Shown piece after piece: positions 9,252 to 18,604 of a DNA stretch of 64,000 bases. A program made the position numbers and the translations under genes. Within the stretch, counting starts at the first letter, position 1; each line of letters starts with the position of its first letter. The stretch is taken from positions 11,728-75,727 of the forward strand of contig JAQWDH010000004.1 of the NCBI GenBank assembly GCA_028705565.1, written 5' to 3'. The notes under the pieces are model-generated. The model was given only the letters and a program-made list of their open reading frames with translations. It made no database searches and was not told the DNA's origin. This DNA comes from Patescibacteria group bacterium. Lineage in GTDB: Bacteria > Patescibacteriota > Patescibacteriia > Magasanikbacterales > GWA2-37-8.

Positions 9252-9280
9252 ATTTTAACTTAAACAAAAACAGATGTCAA
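9252..9280 (-). promoter_or_regulatory. sigma70 promoter
   Basis: TTGACA-N17-TAAAAT; the -35 lies in the 3' arm of the hairpin AAACAGATG..CATCTGTTT that follows rmlA. Confidence 0.75.
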
Positions 9281-9315
9281 TACTGGCATCTGTTTAAAAA
9301 TATTTTGCCATTTCT

Positions 9316-10386
9316 TTAAAACTCCAAGTGCGCGTGGTCTCCAAGCACAAAACGGCGATAATTTTGATTTTGCGCGATTCTCACGTTGGCGCCGAGAATA
9401 CTGTCTTTGATTTTTATATCGCTTTCAATCCGACAATTATTCAAAATTATTGAATGTTCTATTTTTGCGAATTTTATAATTCCTCCGGCGCCAACAGTCA
9501 CGCATGGTCCTATTACGCAATCTTCCAAAACACAATTCTCTCCGATTATCGCCGGACCGATAATTTTGACATTTTTGCCGATAATCGCGCCCGCTCCAAC
9601 ATGCACCTTGCCGACTATATCCCCTGTCTGACCATTTGCTTTAAATTCTTCCTCGGTCATATTTTCCAAAATCAATTTATTCGCTTCCACCAAGTCGCTC
9701 GGCTGTCCTGTGTCTTTCCACCAACCGTCTATTTTTTCATAATCAACTTTAAAATCATTTTTTAAAAAATAAGAATGTATGCTGGAAATTTCATATTCGC
9801 CCCTCGCGCTTTTTTCAATATTTTCAAACGCCTTAAAAAACACTTTCGGGCCATAAAGATAAAGCCCGGTGACAGCAAAATCGTTCGGAGGCGTCTGCGG
9901 TTTTTCCACCACATCAATAAGTTTTCCATTGGCGTCAAAAAACGGAACGCCGAACCTTTGCGGGTCCTGCACTTTCGCGAAAGCCAAAAGACAATCTGTT
10001 TTATTGCTATAAAATTTTTCAAATAATGGCTTTAAACTTCCAAGCAAAACATTGTCGGACAAATAAAACATAAACGGTTCGTCGCCGATAAACTTTTCGG
10101 CGCATTTAACCACATGCGCCAAACCCTGCGGACCGCCTTCTTGTTCGTAAAATTTTATTTTTACGCCCCAATGTCCCCCGTCGCCGATATGTTTTTGCAA
10201 TTCGGTTTCGCCCGGATTGGTGTTGATAAAAATCTCTTCCACACCCGCCTCAACCGCTTTTTCTATGGCATGAAAAATCATCGGCTTATTCGCCAACGGT
10301 ATCAAATGCTTGTTGATTGTAGTCGTAATCGGCCGCAAACGCGTCGCCCTGCCCCCTCCGGTTAAAATCGCTTTTCTGATTATCAT
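9316..10386 (-). CDS. rmlA: Glucose-1-phosphate thymidylyltransferase (long form)
   Basis: GGRATRLRPIT..NKHLIP, VEKP, SARGEYEI, WWKDTG, C-terminal hexapeptide repeats. Confidence 0.92.
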   Translation of the reverse strand: MIIRKAILTGGGRATRLRPITTTINKHLIPLANKPMIFHAIEKAVEAGVEEIFINTNPGETELQKHIGDGGHWGVKIKFYEQEGGPQGLAHVVKCAEKFIGDEPFMFYLSDNVLLGSLKPLFEKFYSNKTDCLLAFAKVQDPQRFGVPFFDANGKLIDVVEKPQTPPNDFAVTGLYLYGPKVFFKAFENIEKSARGEYEISSIHSYFLKNDFKVDYEKIDGWWKDTGQPSDLVEANKLILENMTEEEFKANGQTGDIVGKVHVGAGAIIGKNVKIIGPAIIGENCVLEDCVIGPCVTVGAGGIIKFAKIEHSIILNNCRIESDIKIKDSILGANVRIAQNQNYRRFVLGDHAHLEF

Positions 10387-10399
10387 AAAATGACATTTT

Positions 10400-11500
10400 T
10401 TACCAAATTAATATTTTTTTGGCAATTTTCCAATAAAAATCCATCAACGGATTGCCAATGTAAACAAGCAAAGGGTGGTTGATTGATTTTTCCGAAAAAT
10501 CAACTTTGCCGACTGCCAGTCTCAACATTTCTTTGTCGCCGACTTTTCGCAAACTTTGGACCCTCGCCCGTTTTTTCAGCCATAATTTCCAATGCGCGAA
10601 ATTGAGCCAATAAGAATAGGCAGACAACTTTTCTTTCAGATATCCGCTTTTAGCCGCGAAGAAAATCAATCCGAATTCAAATAAAATCCCTATCGGCAAA
10701 AACAAAAGCAATGTCCGCAATTTAAAAAAAGTAATCATCAAACCGAAACGGTTTCTTTCAATAAAATAAAACTTCTCGCGATTGCGGCTGAAAGAATACT
10801 TGTGATAAAAAACAGAGTCGCGCGCCACAACAATTTTGTATCCAGCCGCTCGCAAACGAAAACCGTACTCAATGTCTTCGTGATAAAGATAATAGTCCTC
10901 GTCCCAGGATCCGAATTGTTTTAACAAATCCGCCCTTAATAAAAGCGCGGCTCCGCTCGCGTAAGCGGTTTCCGCGACCTGCGGCATGACGACCGTACCG
11001 CGCGGCTTGCGAAAATTATTGCAATAACCCATTCCCAAAAATTGAAAAGAATTTCCCGAGCTGTTTATCAAGTCGGTTTCTGGATAAAGCAAAATAAACG
11101 ATTGCGCGATTCCGATTTGTTTATCATTTTCCATCGCCTCCACGGCTTTTTCCAAACAATCGGATGCCATAAAACCGTCGTTGTTATGAAGATAAACATA
11201 ATCAAATCCATTATCCAAAGCCCATTTTATACCTGCGTTATTTCCTCCGGCAAAACCCAAATTTTTATTTTGCGATAACACTGTCACATGCGGCAATTCA
11301 TTGCCGGACAGCGGCAAAACATTATCTGACAAATATCTTACGGATGAACCGTATTGCGGATGAGGATTATCAACAATAACAAATTCCGTCTTATCCTTGG
11401 AATAAGTTGAACGGCGAAAAGAAGACACTACGTCGTCTATATACGGTTCGCAATGAAATGACAAATAAATAACCGCCACTTTTGGAATTTTAGTGTCCAT
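10400..11500 (-). CDS. Glycosyltransferase family 2
   Basis: NLGFAGGNN, HNND, ASGAALL, YHEDIEY. Confidence 0.9.
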   Translation of the reverse strand: MDTKIPKVAVIYLSFHCEPYIDDVVSSFRRSTYSKDKTEFVIVDNPHPQYGSSVRYLSDNVLPLSGNELPHVTVLSQNKNLGFAGGNNAGIKWALDNGFDYVYLHNNDGFMASDCLEKAVEAMENDKQIGIAQSFILLYPETDLINSSGNSFQFLGMGYCNNFRKPRGTVVMPQVAETAYASGAALLLRADLLKQFGSWDEDYYLYHEDIEYGFRLRAAGYKIVVARDSVFYHKYSFSRNREKFYFIERNRFGLMITFFKLRTLLLFLPIGILFEFGLIFFAAKSGYLKEKLSAYSYWLNFAHWKLWLKKRARVQSLRKVGDKEMLRLAVGKVDFSEKSINHPLLVYIGNPLMDFYWKIAKKILIW

Positions 11501-12317
11501 AATATTTAAGATTGCCGCGCCATTTCCACATATATTTTAACCAGCTTATCAAATGCACGCGGGCTAATTTATTTTTAATCAACGCATTAAAAATACCAGG
11601 TACTTTGGCTGAATCGCGCCTGTGTCCGTGTTGAATCACGATATCATGCGCGTAATAAATCGGCCAGCCGGCTTCCCACATCCTGCGACACAAATCACTG
11701 TCTTCGGCATACATCCAAAACCTCTCGTCAAACAATCCGACTTTATCCAAAGCCGCTTTTCGCGCGAACATGGCAGAGCCCATCACCCAATCCACGGGCG
11801 CGGTTCCGTTATGATCAAAATCCTTCATTAAAAACTTATCGCAAACTTTTTTTCCAATTCCTTTTTTGCCGAATCTCGTGCGGCTGAAAAGCGGCTGCCA
11901 AAAAATCGGAAAACGAAAGCACGAATATTGCAAAGTTCCGTCAGTGTTAAGAATCTTCGGACCCAAAAGCCCCACCTTCGGATGTGATTCCATAAAATCA
12001 TACATTCTTTTGATAATATTCTTATCCTGCAAAAAAATCACATCCGGATTTAAAATAAAATAATACTTCGCGTCAACCGACTTGATGCCTATATTTTGCC
12101 CGCGTCCAAACCCGCCGTTATTGTTTAACGCTTCACAAACGACGGACGGATATTTCGCTTTTAAAAAATCTTTGACCCCGTCGCGAGAATCATTGTCCAC
12201 CACCACAACATTAACGCTTAATCCTGAATTTTCAAAATCCTTAAAAAGCGTATTAAAACACTTGTCTATGTCGTCTTTCATTTTATAACTTACCATTATG
12301 ATGCTTACATCAAACAT
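11490..12317 (-). CDS. Glycosyltransferase family 2 (WbbL-like rhamnosyltransferase)
   Basis: VVDNDSRDG, LNPD, VDWVMGS, FDERFWMYAEDSDLCRR. Confidence 0.9.
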   Translation of the reverse strand: MFDVSIIMVSYKMKDDIDKCFNTLFKDFENSGLSVNVVVVDNDSRDGVKDFLKAKYPSVVCEALNNNGGFGRGQNIGIKSVDAKYYFILNPDVIFLQDKNIIKRMYDFMESHPKVGLLGPKILNTDGTLQYSCFRFPIFWQPLFSRTRFGKKGIGKKVCDKFLMKDFDHNGTAPVDWVMGSAMFARKAALDKVGLFDERFWMYAEDSDLCRRMWEAGWPIYYAHDIVIQHGHRRDSAKVPGIFNALIKNKLARVHLISWLKYMWKWRGNLKYYGH

Positions 12318-12329
12318 ATTATAAACAAA

Positions 12330-13370
12330 TTATGCCCACCATTTTCTTATTTTTATCCATCCTATTTTTCGCGTATTTTTTATTTTTATTCGTTTTTCTC
12401 GCAAATCTTTTTTATTTTGCAAGATTTCTTTCAACCCAAAAAATGTCTTGCGGTCAAACAATAAAAAATAAATCGCCTTCTTTAATTCATACCAAAAAAT
12501 CCACGGAAAATCAAGAACGAAATTTTGCCAATATTCGTTTTTATACAAAGTCATCAAGTGATTTTTATAGCTGTGATATTTCACCAATTCCGATTGTTTC
12601 TTTTTATTGGCAATAGCCGAAGCGTCATTTTGTTCTTTCGGACCTGCGGCTGAACGGTCGTGATAAGCGACTATATTCGGTAAAACATACGATTTAAAAC
12701 CGGCAACCGCCAATCGGTAAGCCAAATCCACATCTTCCTTGTATGAATGGTATGATTCGTCCAAAAACTGTCCATTATCAAACAAAACATTTTTTATTAT
12801 GCTTCGGCGATACATCGGAAAAGCGCCGGAAACACCAAAAACCTCAATAGGTTCTTCCTCTGAAACATTATTCCAATCTTGTCCTGTAAATTGTTCAATT
12901 ACTCTTCTGTTCCTGAAAACTTTTAATCCCAAAGCGTCTATTTGATTGGAAAAACTTTTTTCCAATCCGTTATTTTGAATTTCCGCGAAATTCCATTTCA
13001 TCAAGCGCGGCGATACTGACGCGGTCTCCGGATGTTCGTCCAAAAATTTTACCGTTTTTTCCAAACAATCCGCCGCCAGATACATATCTTGGTTCAAAAG
13101 CAAAAAATATTCCGAATCTGTTTCACGAAAAGCGCGATTGTGTCCGGCGGCGAAACCTGAATTTTCTTTATTTTCTTCCAAACGATACTCAAACGGTCGT
13201 TCCGCGCTTCCGACCAATTCTTTTTTTATCAATTCCGCGGTGCCATCTTGCGAATTATTGTCAATTATCAATAAAAACCAGTCACGCAAAGATTGTTTTC
13301 TTAAGGAATCAAATAAATATGGAATATATTTAGCGCCGTTCCACGCGACAAGATGAACAGTTAATTTCAT
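12330..13370 (-). CDS. Glycosyltransferase family 2
   Basis: Likely start MKLTVHLVAWN at 13370; IDNNSQDGT, GFAAGHN, LLNQD, YKEDVDLAYR. Confidence 0.9.
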   Translation of the reverse strand: MKLTVHLVAWNGAKYIPYLFDSLRKQSLRDWFLLIIDNNSQDGTAELIKKELVGSAERPFEYRLEENKENSGFAAGHNRAFRETDSEYFLLLNQDMYLAADCLEKTVKFLDEHPETASVSPRLMKWNFAEIQNNGLEKSFSNQIDALGLKVFRNRRVIEQFTGQDWNNVSEEEPIEVFGVSGAFPMYRRSIIKNVLFDNGQFLDESYHSYKEDVDLAYRLAVAGFKSYVLPNIVAYHDRSAAGPKEQNDASAIANKKKQSELVKYHSYKNHLMTLYKNEYWQNFVLDFPWIFWYELKKAIYFLLFDRKTFFGLKEILQNKKDLREKRIKIKNTRKIGWIKIRKWWA

Positions 13371-13374
13371 AAAA

Positions 13375-14256
13375 TTATTTTTTGTTAAACGCTTCGCTCG
13401 CTCGCGCCATTGCGATACCAATCGGTTTTAAAACTGAAATCACTAAACATTTCCACGCCGGTTCCCATTTTTGAAAATATTGCAACATACTTTTTGTGAA
13501 CTGTTTTTGCTTCCACAAAGTTGTTCTCTGTTTGAAACTCTGCCCCACATAATCAACACAGCTTATAATCGGCGTGTGCATAACTTTAAAACCCAAACGT
13601 TTTGTTTCACGGCACAAATCAACATCCTCAAACCAAATAAAATATCTCGGGTCAAACGCCCAGCCGAGCCGATCGTAAATTTCACGGCGCATAATCATAA
13701 ACGAACCGCGAATTGAATCAACCTCCTGTTCTTTGTTAAAATCAAAACCTTTGTATAAATACCTGTTCAAAACAAACGGAAAAATATGATGTAATTTTAA
13801 AATAATCGCCGCTTGGTCCAAAATTCCCGGCAATCTTCGCGGAGCCGCGTCTTCATTTATTTTTCCGTTTTCATCAACCAATTTACACCCGGCCAATCCG
13901 ACATCCGGATGGCTTCTCATCCACTCAACCATTTTATCCAAACTCAATTTTTCAACTCTCATATCCGGATTTAAAAATAAAAAAAATTCGCCGCTTGCCA
14001 ATTTCGCGGCTTGATTGTTGGCTCCGCCAAAACCGAAATTTTTTTCGTTTTTTATCAATTTAACTCCGTTGCTTTCAGGAGAAAAAAAATCTTTTTGTAT
14101 GCCCTCAACAACCTTCACGGTATCGTCAGTGGAAGCGTTATCCGCGATAATCTGTTCGCAGGATATTTTTTCGCGTCCAGAACGAACCGATAGCATTTGC
14201 TCTCCTATCAATTTAGCCGAATTCCACGTAACCGTAATAACCGATAAATCAAACAT
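13375..14256 (-). CDS. Glycosyltransferase family 2 (WbbL-like)
   Basis: DNASTDDT, GFGGANN, LNPD, FDPRYFIWFEDVDLC. Confidence 0.9.
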   Translation of the reverse strand: MFDLSVITVTWNSAKLIGEQMLSVRSGREKISCEQIIADNASTDDTVKVVEGIQKDFFSPESNGVKLIKNEKNFGFGGANNQAAKLASGEFFLFLNPDMRVEKLSLDKMVEWMRSHPDVGLAGCKLVDENGKINEDAAPRRLPGILDQAAIILKLHHIFPFVLNRYLYKGFDFNKEQEVDSIRGSFMIMRREIYDRLGWAFDPRYFIWFEDVDLCRETKRLGFKVMHTPIISCVDYVGQSFKQRTTLWKQKQFTKSMLQYFQKWEPAWKCLVISVLKPIGIAMARASEAFNKK

Positions 14257-14341
14257 AACTTGATTTTATAATGTTAAACAATGTATTTATCTTATCACAA
14301 AAAAAAGTTTTGTAAACCATCGTATTTACAAATTTTAATTT

Positions 14342-14365
14342 AAAAAACACCCCTTTGGGTGTTTT
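14342..14365 (-). terminator. Intrinsic terminator
   Basis: AAAACACCC-AAAG-GGGTGTTTTTT on the minus strand. Confidence 0.7.
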
Positions 14366-14375
14366 GTTTTTATTG

Positions 14376-14999
14376 TTATTGTGTCATTAGGTAAAGTAAA
14401 AACACTTGCGATAGGTGCTCATTACAACACCCATCAAGAAATGCTTCTTTAAGTTCTTCAACGGAGAACAACCTCTCGTTCTCCAATTTCGCCACCTTTT
14501 CCACATTTACAACAGCATACTTGTTATTTTTTCCATAATATCTTCCTCCATCCTGCGGAAAAAGATGCCACCTTATTTTTTTCAATCCGTCTAATAGGTC
14601 AACTCTTGGTGTTTTTTTACCGCCATGGACCTGAGAAAGATTTGATTCCGAACATTGAATTGACGGGGCAAGAAAAATACGACCTCCTGCCATCATATTT
14701 CCCGGTTCGGCTTTTGCAGAAATCAGGAATAAATTCCTGACCTTTATTAAAACAACTATCCCAACACCCCATTCTTGTAAAATAGGTTGCGACCACTTTT
14801 TCATTTCTCGTTCCTCCTCGCCGGCAGAAATTTCTACCCCTATTATCTTAAAAAATTTTTCGTCCGAACGACCATAATATTCGCCGTCCTTCTGCATACC
14901 CCAACCTTTAACCTCTTTCAACGATATCTGCTTAACAGACATCGTTGAAAGCATTTTTAATTTTCTTAGCCAATCTCTCCAATTTTCTTTTTTTTTCAT
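14376..14999 (-). CDS. NDP-hexose 2,3-dehydratase family protein (single domain)
   Basis: FFKIIGV, WSQPIL, AKAEPGN, LAPSIQCSESN, QDGGRYYGKNN resemble one repeat of EvaA/TylX3/OleV-type dehydratases. Confidence 0.8.
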   Translation of the reverse strand: MKKKENWRDWLRKLKMLSTMSVKQISLKEVKGWGMQKDGEYYGRSDEKFFKIIGVEISAGEEEREMKKWSQPILQEWGVGIVVLIKVRNLFLISAKAEPGNMMAGGRIFLAPSIQCSESNLSQVHGGKKTPRVDLLDGLKKIRWHLFPQDGGRYYGKNNKYAVVNVEKVAKLENERLFSVEELKEAFLDGCCNEHLSQVFLLYLMTQ

Positions 15000-15077
15000 T
15001 TTTTTCTCCTTCCGCCAAAGGCGGATAAGTATAAATTTTGTTTATTTTATAAAGAACTTTACCAATCCTTGCCTCTG

Positions 15078-15106
15078 ATACTAACAAATTATCGCGTAAT
15101 TGTCAA
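15078..15106 (-). promoter_or_regulatory. sigma70 promoter
   Basis: TTGACA-N17-TAGTAT, followed by boxA-like GTTCTTTATAAA (15046-15057), hairpin TCCGCC-TTT-GGCGGA and AGGAG. Confidence 0.7.
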
Positions 15107-15123
15107 TAGCCAGTTCCCCGCTT

Positions 15124-15750
15124 TTACAGCGTTATGGGTTTTATTTTTTCCTTTAAAATCCGCTTATAAAATTTAAAAACAGGCTCAAATAATTTCTTTT
15201 CTTTGACTATTTTTCTCGCGGTTTCCGTGCGTAAATTATAAAGATTTTCAAATCTGAGCCGCATATCCAGTAAAATCTTTTCTTTGTCTCCGCTGAAAAA
15301 TAACGCGCTTCTTTTATTTCCGATATTTCCGAAAGCATCCAGTTTGTCCGCGTCGCGCAAAATATAGGCAGTTTGATATTTGTCGGCCGCGTTGTTCCAA
15401 TGATATTTTACCGAGTAAAGCAAAATTATTTTTTCTCGCCTTGATAATTTTTTAAAAATCTCATCGCTCTTAAACCATTCTCGGCATATTTCATAAGATA
15501 ATTCATGGTGCAAACGAGACGCTTCTCTTTTTTTCTCCCGCGTTCTGCCGACATCATGCAGCCACGCCGCCAACTCGCAAAGAAAAATATTCGCTTTTTC
15601 CGCTTTGGCTATTTTTACGGAAAAATCTCTCACTCTTTTTATATGTTCAAAACCGTGCGCCGGAACATAATAATTCAAAAAAAGACGCTTAACTTTTTGC
15701 CGCGCATAAGACGTAATTTCTTTTTGTAGTTTAAGATTCATAAAAATCAC
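15124..15750 (-). CDS. HD-domain metal-dependent phosphohydrolase
   Basis: HGFEHIKRV, LHDVGR, HHE, DADKLD. Confidence 0.88.
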   Translation of the reverse strand: MIFMNLKLQKEITSYARQKVKRLFLNYYVPAHGFEHIKRVRDFSVKIAKAEKANIFLCELAAWLHDVGRTREKKREASRLHHELSYEICREWFKSDEIFKKLSRREKIILLYSVKYHWNNAADKYQTAYILRDADKLDAFGNIGNKRSALFFSGDKEKILLDMRLRFENLYNLRTETARKIVKEKKLFEPVFKFYKRILKEKIKPITL

Positions 15751-16679
15751 GACAAGGATTTCAGTCCTAATTTTTCCTCTGTTTCTTTTTTTGTTTTTTC
15801 CAAAACCGTTTTAGCCGCATCGCCTTCCAAATTTTTTTTCAAATCGCGCATAACCTCGCGCATTCTTTCGTGAATTTCCTTTAAAATTATCCCTTCTTTT
15901 TTCAATTTCGTCGTGTCCAAAACCGCGTCCACCCTTTCCGCCAAAGTCATTCTGTTTAATTCTTCTTTGCTGATTTTTTTAAATTCCATTTCCGGTTTGA
16001 TTATTTCTTTAAGCGCCAAAGCGATTTCATACGGCGTGGTCACGCCGGGATTGGCGACATTAAAAACCCCTGTCGCGTCCTTTTTAATAAGTTCATCAAC
16101 AGCGAACATTAAATCTTCAATTACCGTGCAGGAATTCGGCATATCTATAAACTTGTCATAAGTGAGCATTTTTGTAAGAGCGTTGCGCGGAGACACTTTC
16201 GCGGATAAAAGCTGGCGCGGACGCAAAATCAAAGTTTTAAGCCCTTGTTTGCTGGCGCGATGCAAAATCATTTCTTCCGCCCAAACCTTTGTCCATGAAT
16301 AATAACAAAGCGGACTCGGTTTCACTTCCTCGGTTTGCGCGTCTTCGGCCGATTTGCTTTCCAAAACGCATCCGCTGGAAATATGAACCAAATAAATATC
16401 TTTTTCCGCGCAAATTTTAGCGACATTATCCGCGCCGAGAGTATTTATCGCGAAGCATTCCAATTTATTTTGTTCGCACCAATCAATGTTGGTTTTGGCG
16501 GCGGTATGTATCAGCAAATCAGGATTTATTTCCTCTACTTTTTCTCGCAACATATTTTCATCGCGAACATCCAATTCCGAACCAAACACAAAAACTTCCG
16601 CGCCTTTTTTAATGAAATATTCTTGAAAAAAAGACCCTAGTTGTCCCTTGCCTGTGATAAAAATTTTTTTTGATGTCAT
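15747..16679 (-). CDS. rmlD: dTDP-4-dehydrorhamnose reductase family, possibly bifunctional 3,5-epimerase/4-reductase
   Basis: GKGQLG, NIDWCE, SSGC, YSWTK catalytic YxxxK; overlaps the rmlB stop. Confidence 0.8.
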   Translation of the reverse strand: MTSKKIFITGKGQLGSFFQEYFIKKGAEVFVFGSELDVRDENMLREKVEEINPDLLIHTAAKTNIDWCEQNKLECFAINTLGADNVAKICAEKDIYLVHISSGCVLESKSAEDAQTEEVKPSPLCYYSWTKVWAEEMILHRASKQGLKTLILRPRQLLSAKVSPRNALTKMLTYDKFIDMPNSCTVIEDLMFAVDELIKKDATGVFNVANPGVTTPYEIALALKEIIKPEMEFKKISKEELNRMTLAERVDAVLDTTKLKKEGIILKEIHERMREVMRDLKKNLEGDAAKTVLEKTKKETEEKLGLKSLS

Positions 16680-17692
16680 ATTCTTTCTTTATATTGTTTT
16701 TTATAATATTCATTATAATCTCCGTCTTTTAATTTTTTCCACCACCATTCGTTGTCTTTATACCAAGCAACGGTTTCACGAAGTCCGTCTGTAAAAATTT
16801 TTTCCGGTTTCCAGCCCAATTCGCGGATTATTTTTGAATGGTCAATCGCGTAACGCCTGTCATGCCCGCGCCTGTCAGCCACCGGCTCAATCATATCTTC
16901 CTCGCGTCCGCATAATGCCAAAATTTCTTTTGTGAGTTCAATATTTTGTTTTTCCGTTCCGCTACCGATATTATAAACCGAACCGGGCGCGGCTTTATGT
17001 AAAATCGCGTCTATTGCTCTGCAGTGGTCGCTCGCGTGAATCCATTCCCTTACATTTAAGCCGTCCCCGTAAAGCGGAACTTTTTTTCCTTCCAAAAGAT
17101 TGGTGATAAAAAGCGGAATGACTTTTTCCGGATATTGATGCGTTCCGTAAACATTACAACTGTGCGTCGCGACAACCGGCGTTTGATAAGTATTAAAAAA
17201 AGCTCTGCAAAGCAGGTCTCCTCCTGCTTTGGAAGCGGCATACGGGCTGTTAGGCGCGAATGGCGATTCTTCGGTAAAATATCCGGATTCAACGGCGCCG
17301 TAAACCTCGTCAGTGGATATTTGAACCATTTTTTTCAAATTAAATTTTCGCGTAGCTTCAAGAAGAACTTGAACGCCCAAAATATCCGTTCGCAAAAAAT
17401 CATCCGCGTACATTATGGACCTGTCAACATGCGTTTCAGCCGCGTAATTCACAATTGCGTCAATTGAATTTTCCTCTATCGTATTTTCAACTGCCTTGGC
17501 GTCGCAAATATCTCCTTGAATGAATTTATAATTAGGATTGTTTTCCACTTCGCGCAAATTGTCCAAATTTCCGGCATAAGTGAGTTTGTCAAAATTCACA
17601 ACAAAATAATCCGGATAAACGGATAAAATATATTTTATAAAATGCGAACCTATAAACCCGGCTCCGCCGGTTATTAAAAGATTTTTTATCAT
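16676..17692 (-). CDS. rmlB: dTDP-glucose 4,6-dehydratase
   Basis: TGGAGFIG, DKLTYAGN, AAETHVDRSI, STDEVYG, YAASK, GHDRRY. Confidence 0.96.
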   Translation of the reverse strand: MIKNLLITGGAGFIGSHFIKYILSVYPDYFVVNFDKLTYAGNLDNLREVENNPNYKFIQGDICDAKAVENTIEENSIDAIVNYAAETHVDRSIMYADDFLRTDILGVQVLLEATRKFNLKKMVQISTDEVYGAVESGYFTEESPFAPNSPYAASKAGGDLLCRAFFNTYQTPVVATHSCNVYGTHQYPEKVIPLFITNLLEGKKVPLYGDGLNVREWIHASDHCRAIDAILHKAAPGSVYNIGSGTEKQNIELTKEILALCGREEDMIEPVADRRGHDRRYAIDHSKIIRELGWKPEKIFTDGLRETVAWYKDNEWWWKKLKDGDYNEYYKKQYKERI

Positions 17693-17749
17693 AAAAAAAG
17701 GCGCTTGTTATAGCGCCTATATTATCATCAAAACAAATTTATTTCAAAT

Positions 17750-17944
17750 TTATTTTAAACTCTTCTTCACCGGCTTCTTCGCCGGTTTCTTTAAATCTTT
17801 AAGAACCATATCTACCATAAATACCCCCAGGGCCGTCCCGAGGCCCAAAAACATCCAAAAAACACCTAAGAGAACAATTCCTTCCCAGGAATCGTTACAA
17901 CATACCCTAAAATAAAAAAGAACGAGAACAATTATTTGAACCAT
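17750..17944 (-). CDS. Small hypothetical membrane protein
   Basis: 64 aa, two hydrophobic segments, GAGGAGG upstream of the ATG. Confidence 0.6.
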   Translation of the reverse strand: MVQIIVLVLFYFRVCCNDSWEGIVLLGVFWMFLGLGTALGVFMVDMVLKDLKKPAKKPVKKSLK

Positions 17945-17945
17945 T

Positions 17946-18461
17946 TTAATCCTCCTCGTCCGCTTTTTTGGCGGACTTTATATAATCCTCAATAACTTTC
18001 AGATCTTTATCTATCAACAATGGCTCATCGCGATAAAGATGCCGCTCGTTGTGTTCCATTAAATTGTTTTTGATGTTTTTAATAGCTTTCATTTCTTTTT
18101 TTAGTGGAAATTTTAATATCTGCCCACCCCTTTTATCTTCCAACTCTAGTACAAACTCTAGTACAAAATACGGCATAGAAATTTTCTTTTTTAGCTCTCT
18201 CTCTTTGCGTTTCAGTTCTGAAGCAAAACAATGATGTATAAGTAATAAAAAAGGAGTTAAAAGTAAAAGAAAAACAGCTTCCCCTTTCCAGGCTATTGTA
18301 AGCCAGGTTGTAATAAAAAATAACGCAAAACTAAAAAAAACAAATGCAATGTTTGCTCTTTTAAAACTAATTTTTAGTTGTTTATATTCCATTTCTATTT
18401 TTTTCTTTTCTTCGCTCTGCGGCGATTTTTTTCCAACCTGTAATAATCTTTCTTTTGACAT
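17946..18461 (-). CDS. Hypothetical two-TM membrane protein
   Basis: 171 aa; GAGGAGG SD, with TTGACA at 18551-18556 upstream. Confidence 0.7.
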   Translation of the reverse strand: MSKERLLQVGKKSPQSEEKKKIEMEYKQLKISFKRANIAFVFFSFALFFITTWLTIAWKGEAVFLLLLTPFLLLIHHCFASELKRKERELKKKISMPYFVLEFVLELEDKRGGQILKFPLKKEMKAIKNIKNNLMEHNERHLYRDEPLLIDKDLKVIEDYIKSAKKADEED

Positions 18462-18604
18462 TTTTTATTCCTCCTCGTCCGCCTCTGGCGGACTTTTTAT
18501 ATTGTCAATGAACTTACCGTTTTGATTATTTAAACACAAAAAATCGCTTTTGTCAAACGATTGTAATACATAATTCGTTACTCATAATTCAGCTCGTCCA
18601 CAAT

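Noticed and set aside
14258-14290. dif-like site (TAATGTTAAA)
   Set aside because: Only a partial XerD-arm match in AT-rich DNA, with no XerC arm.
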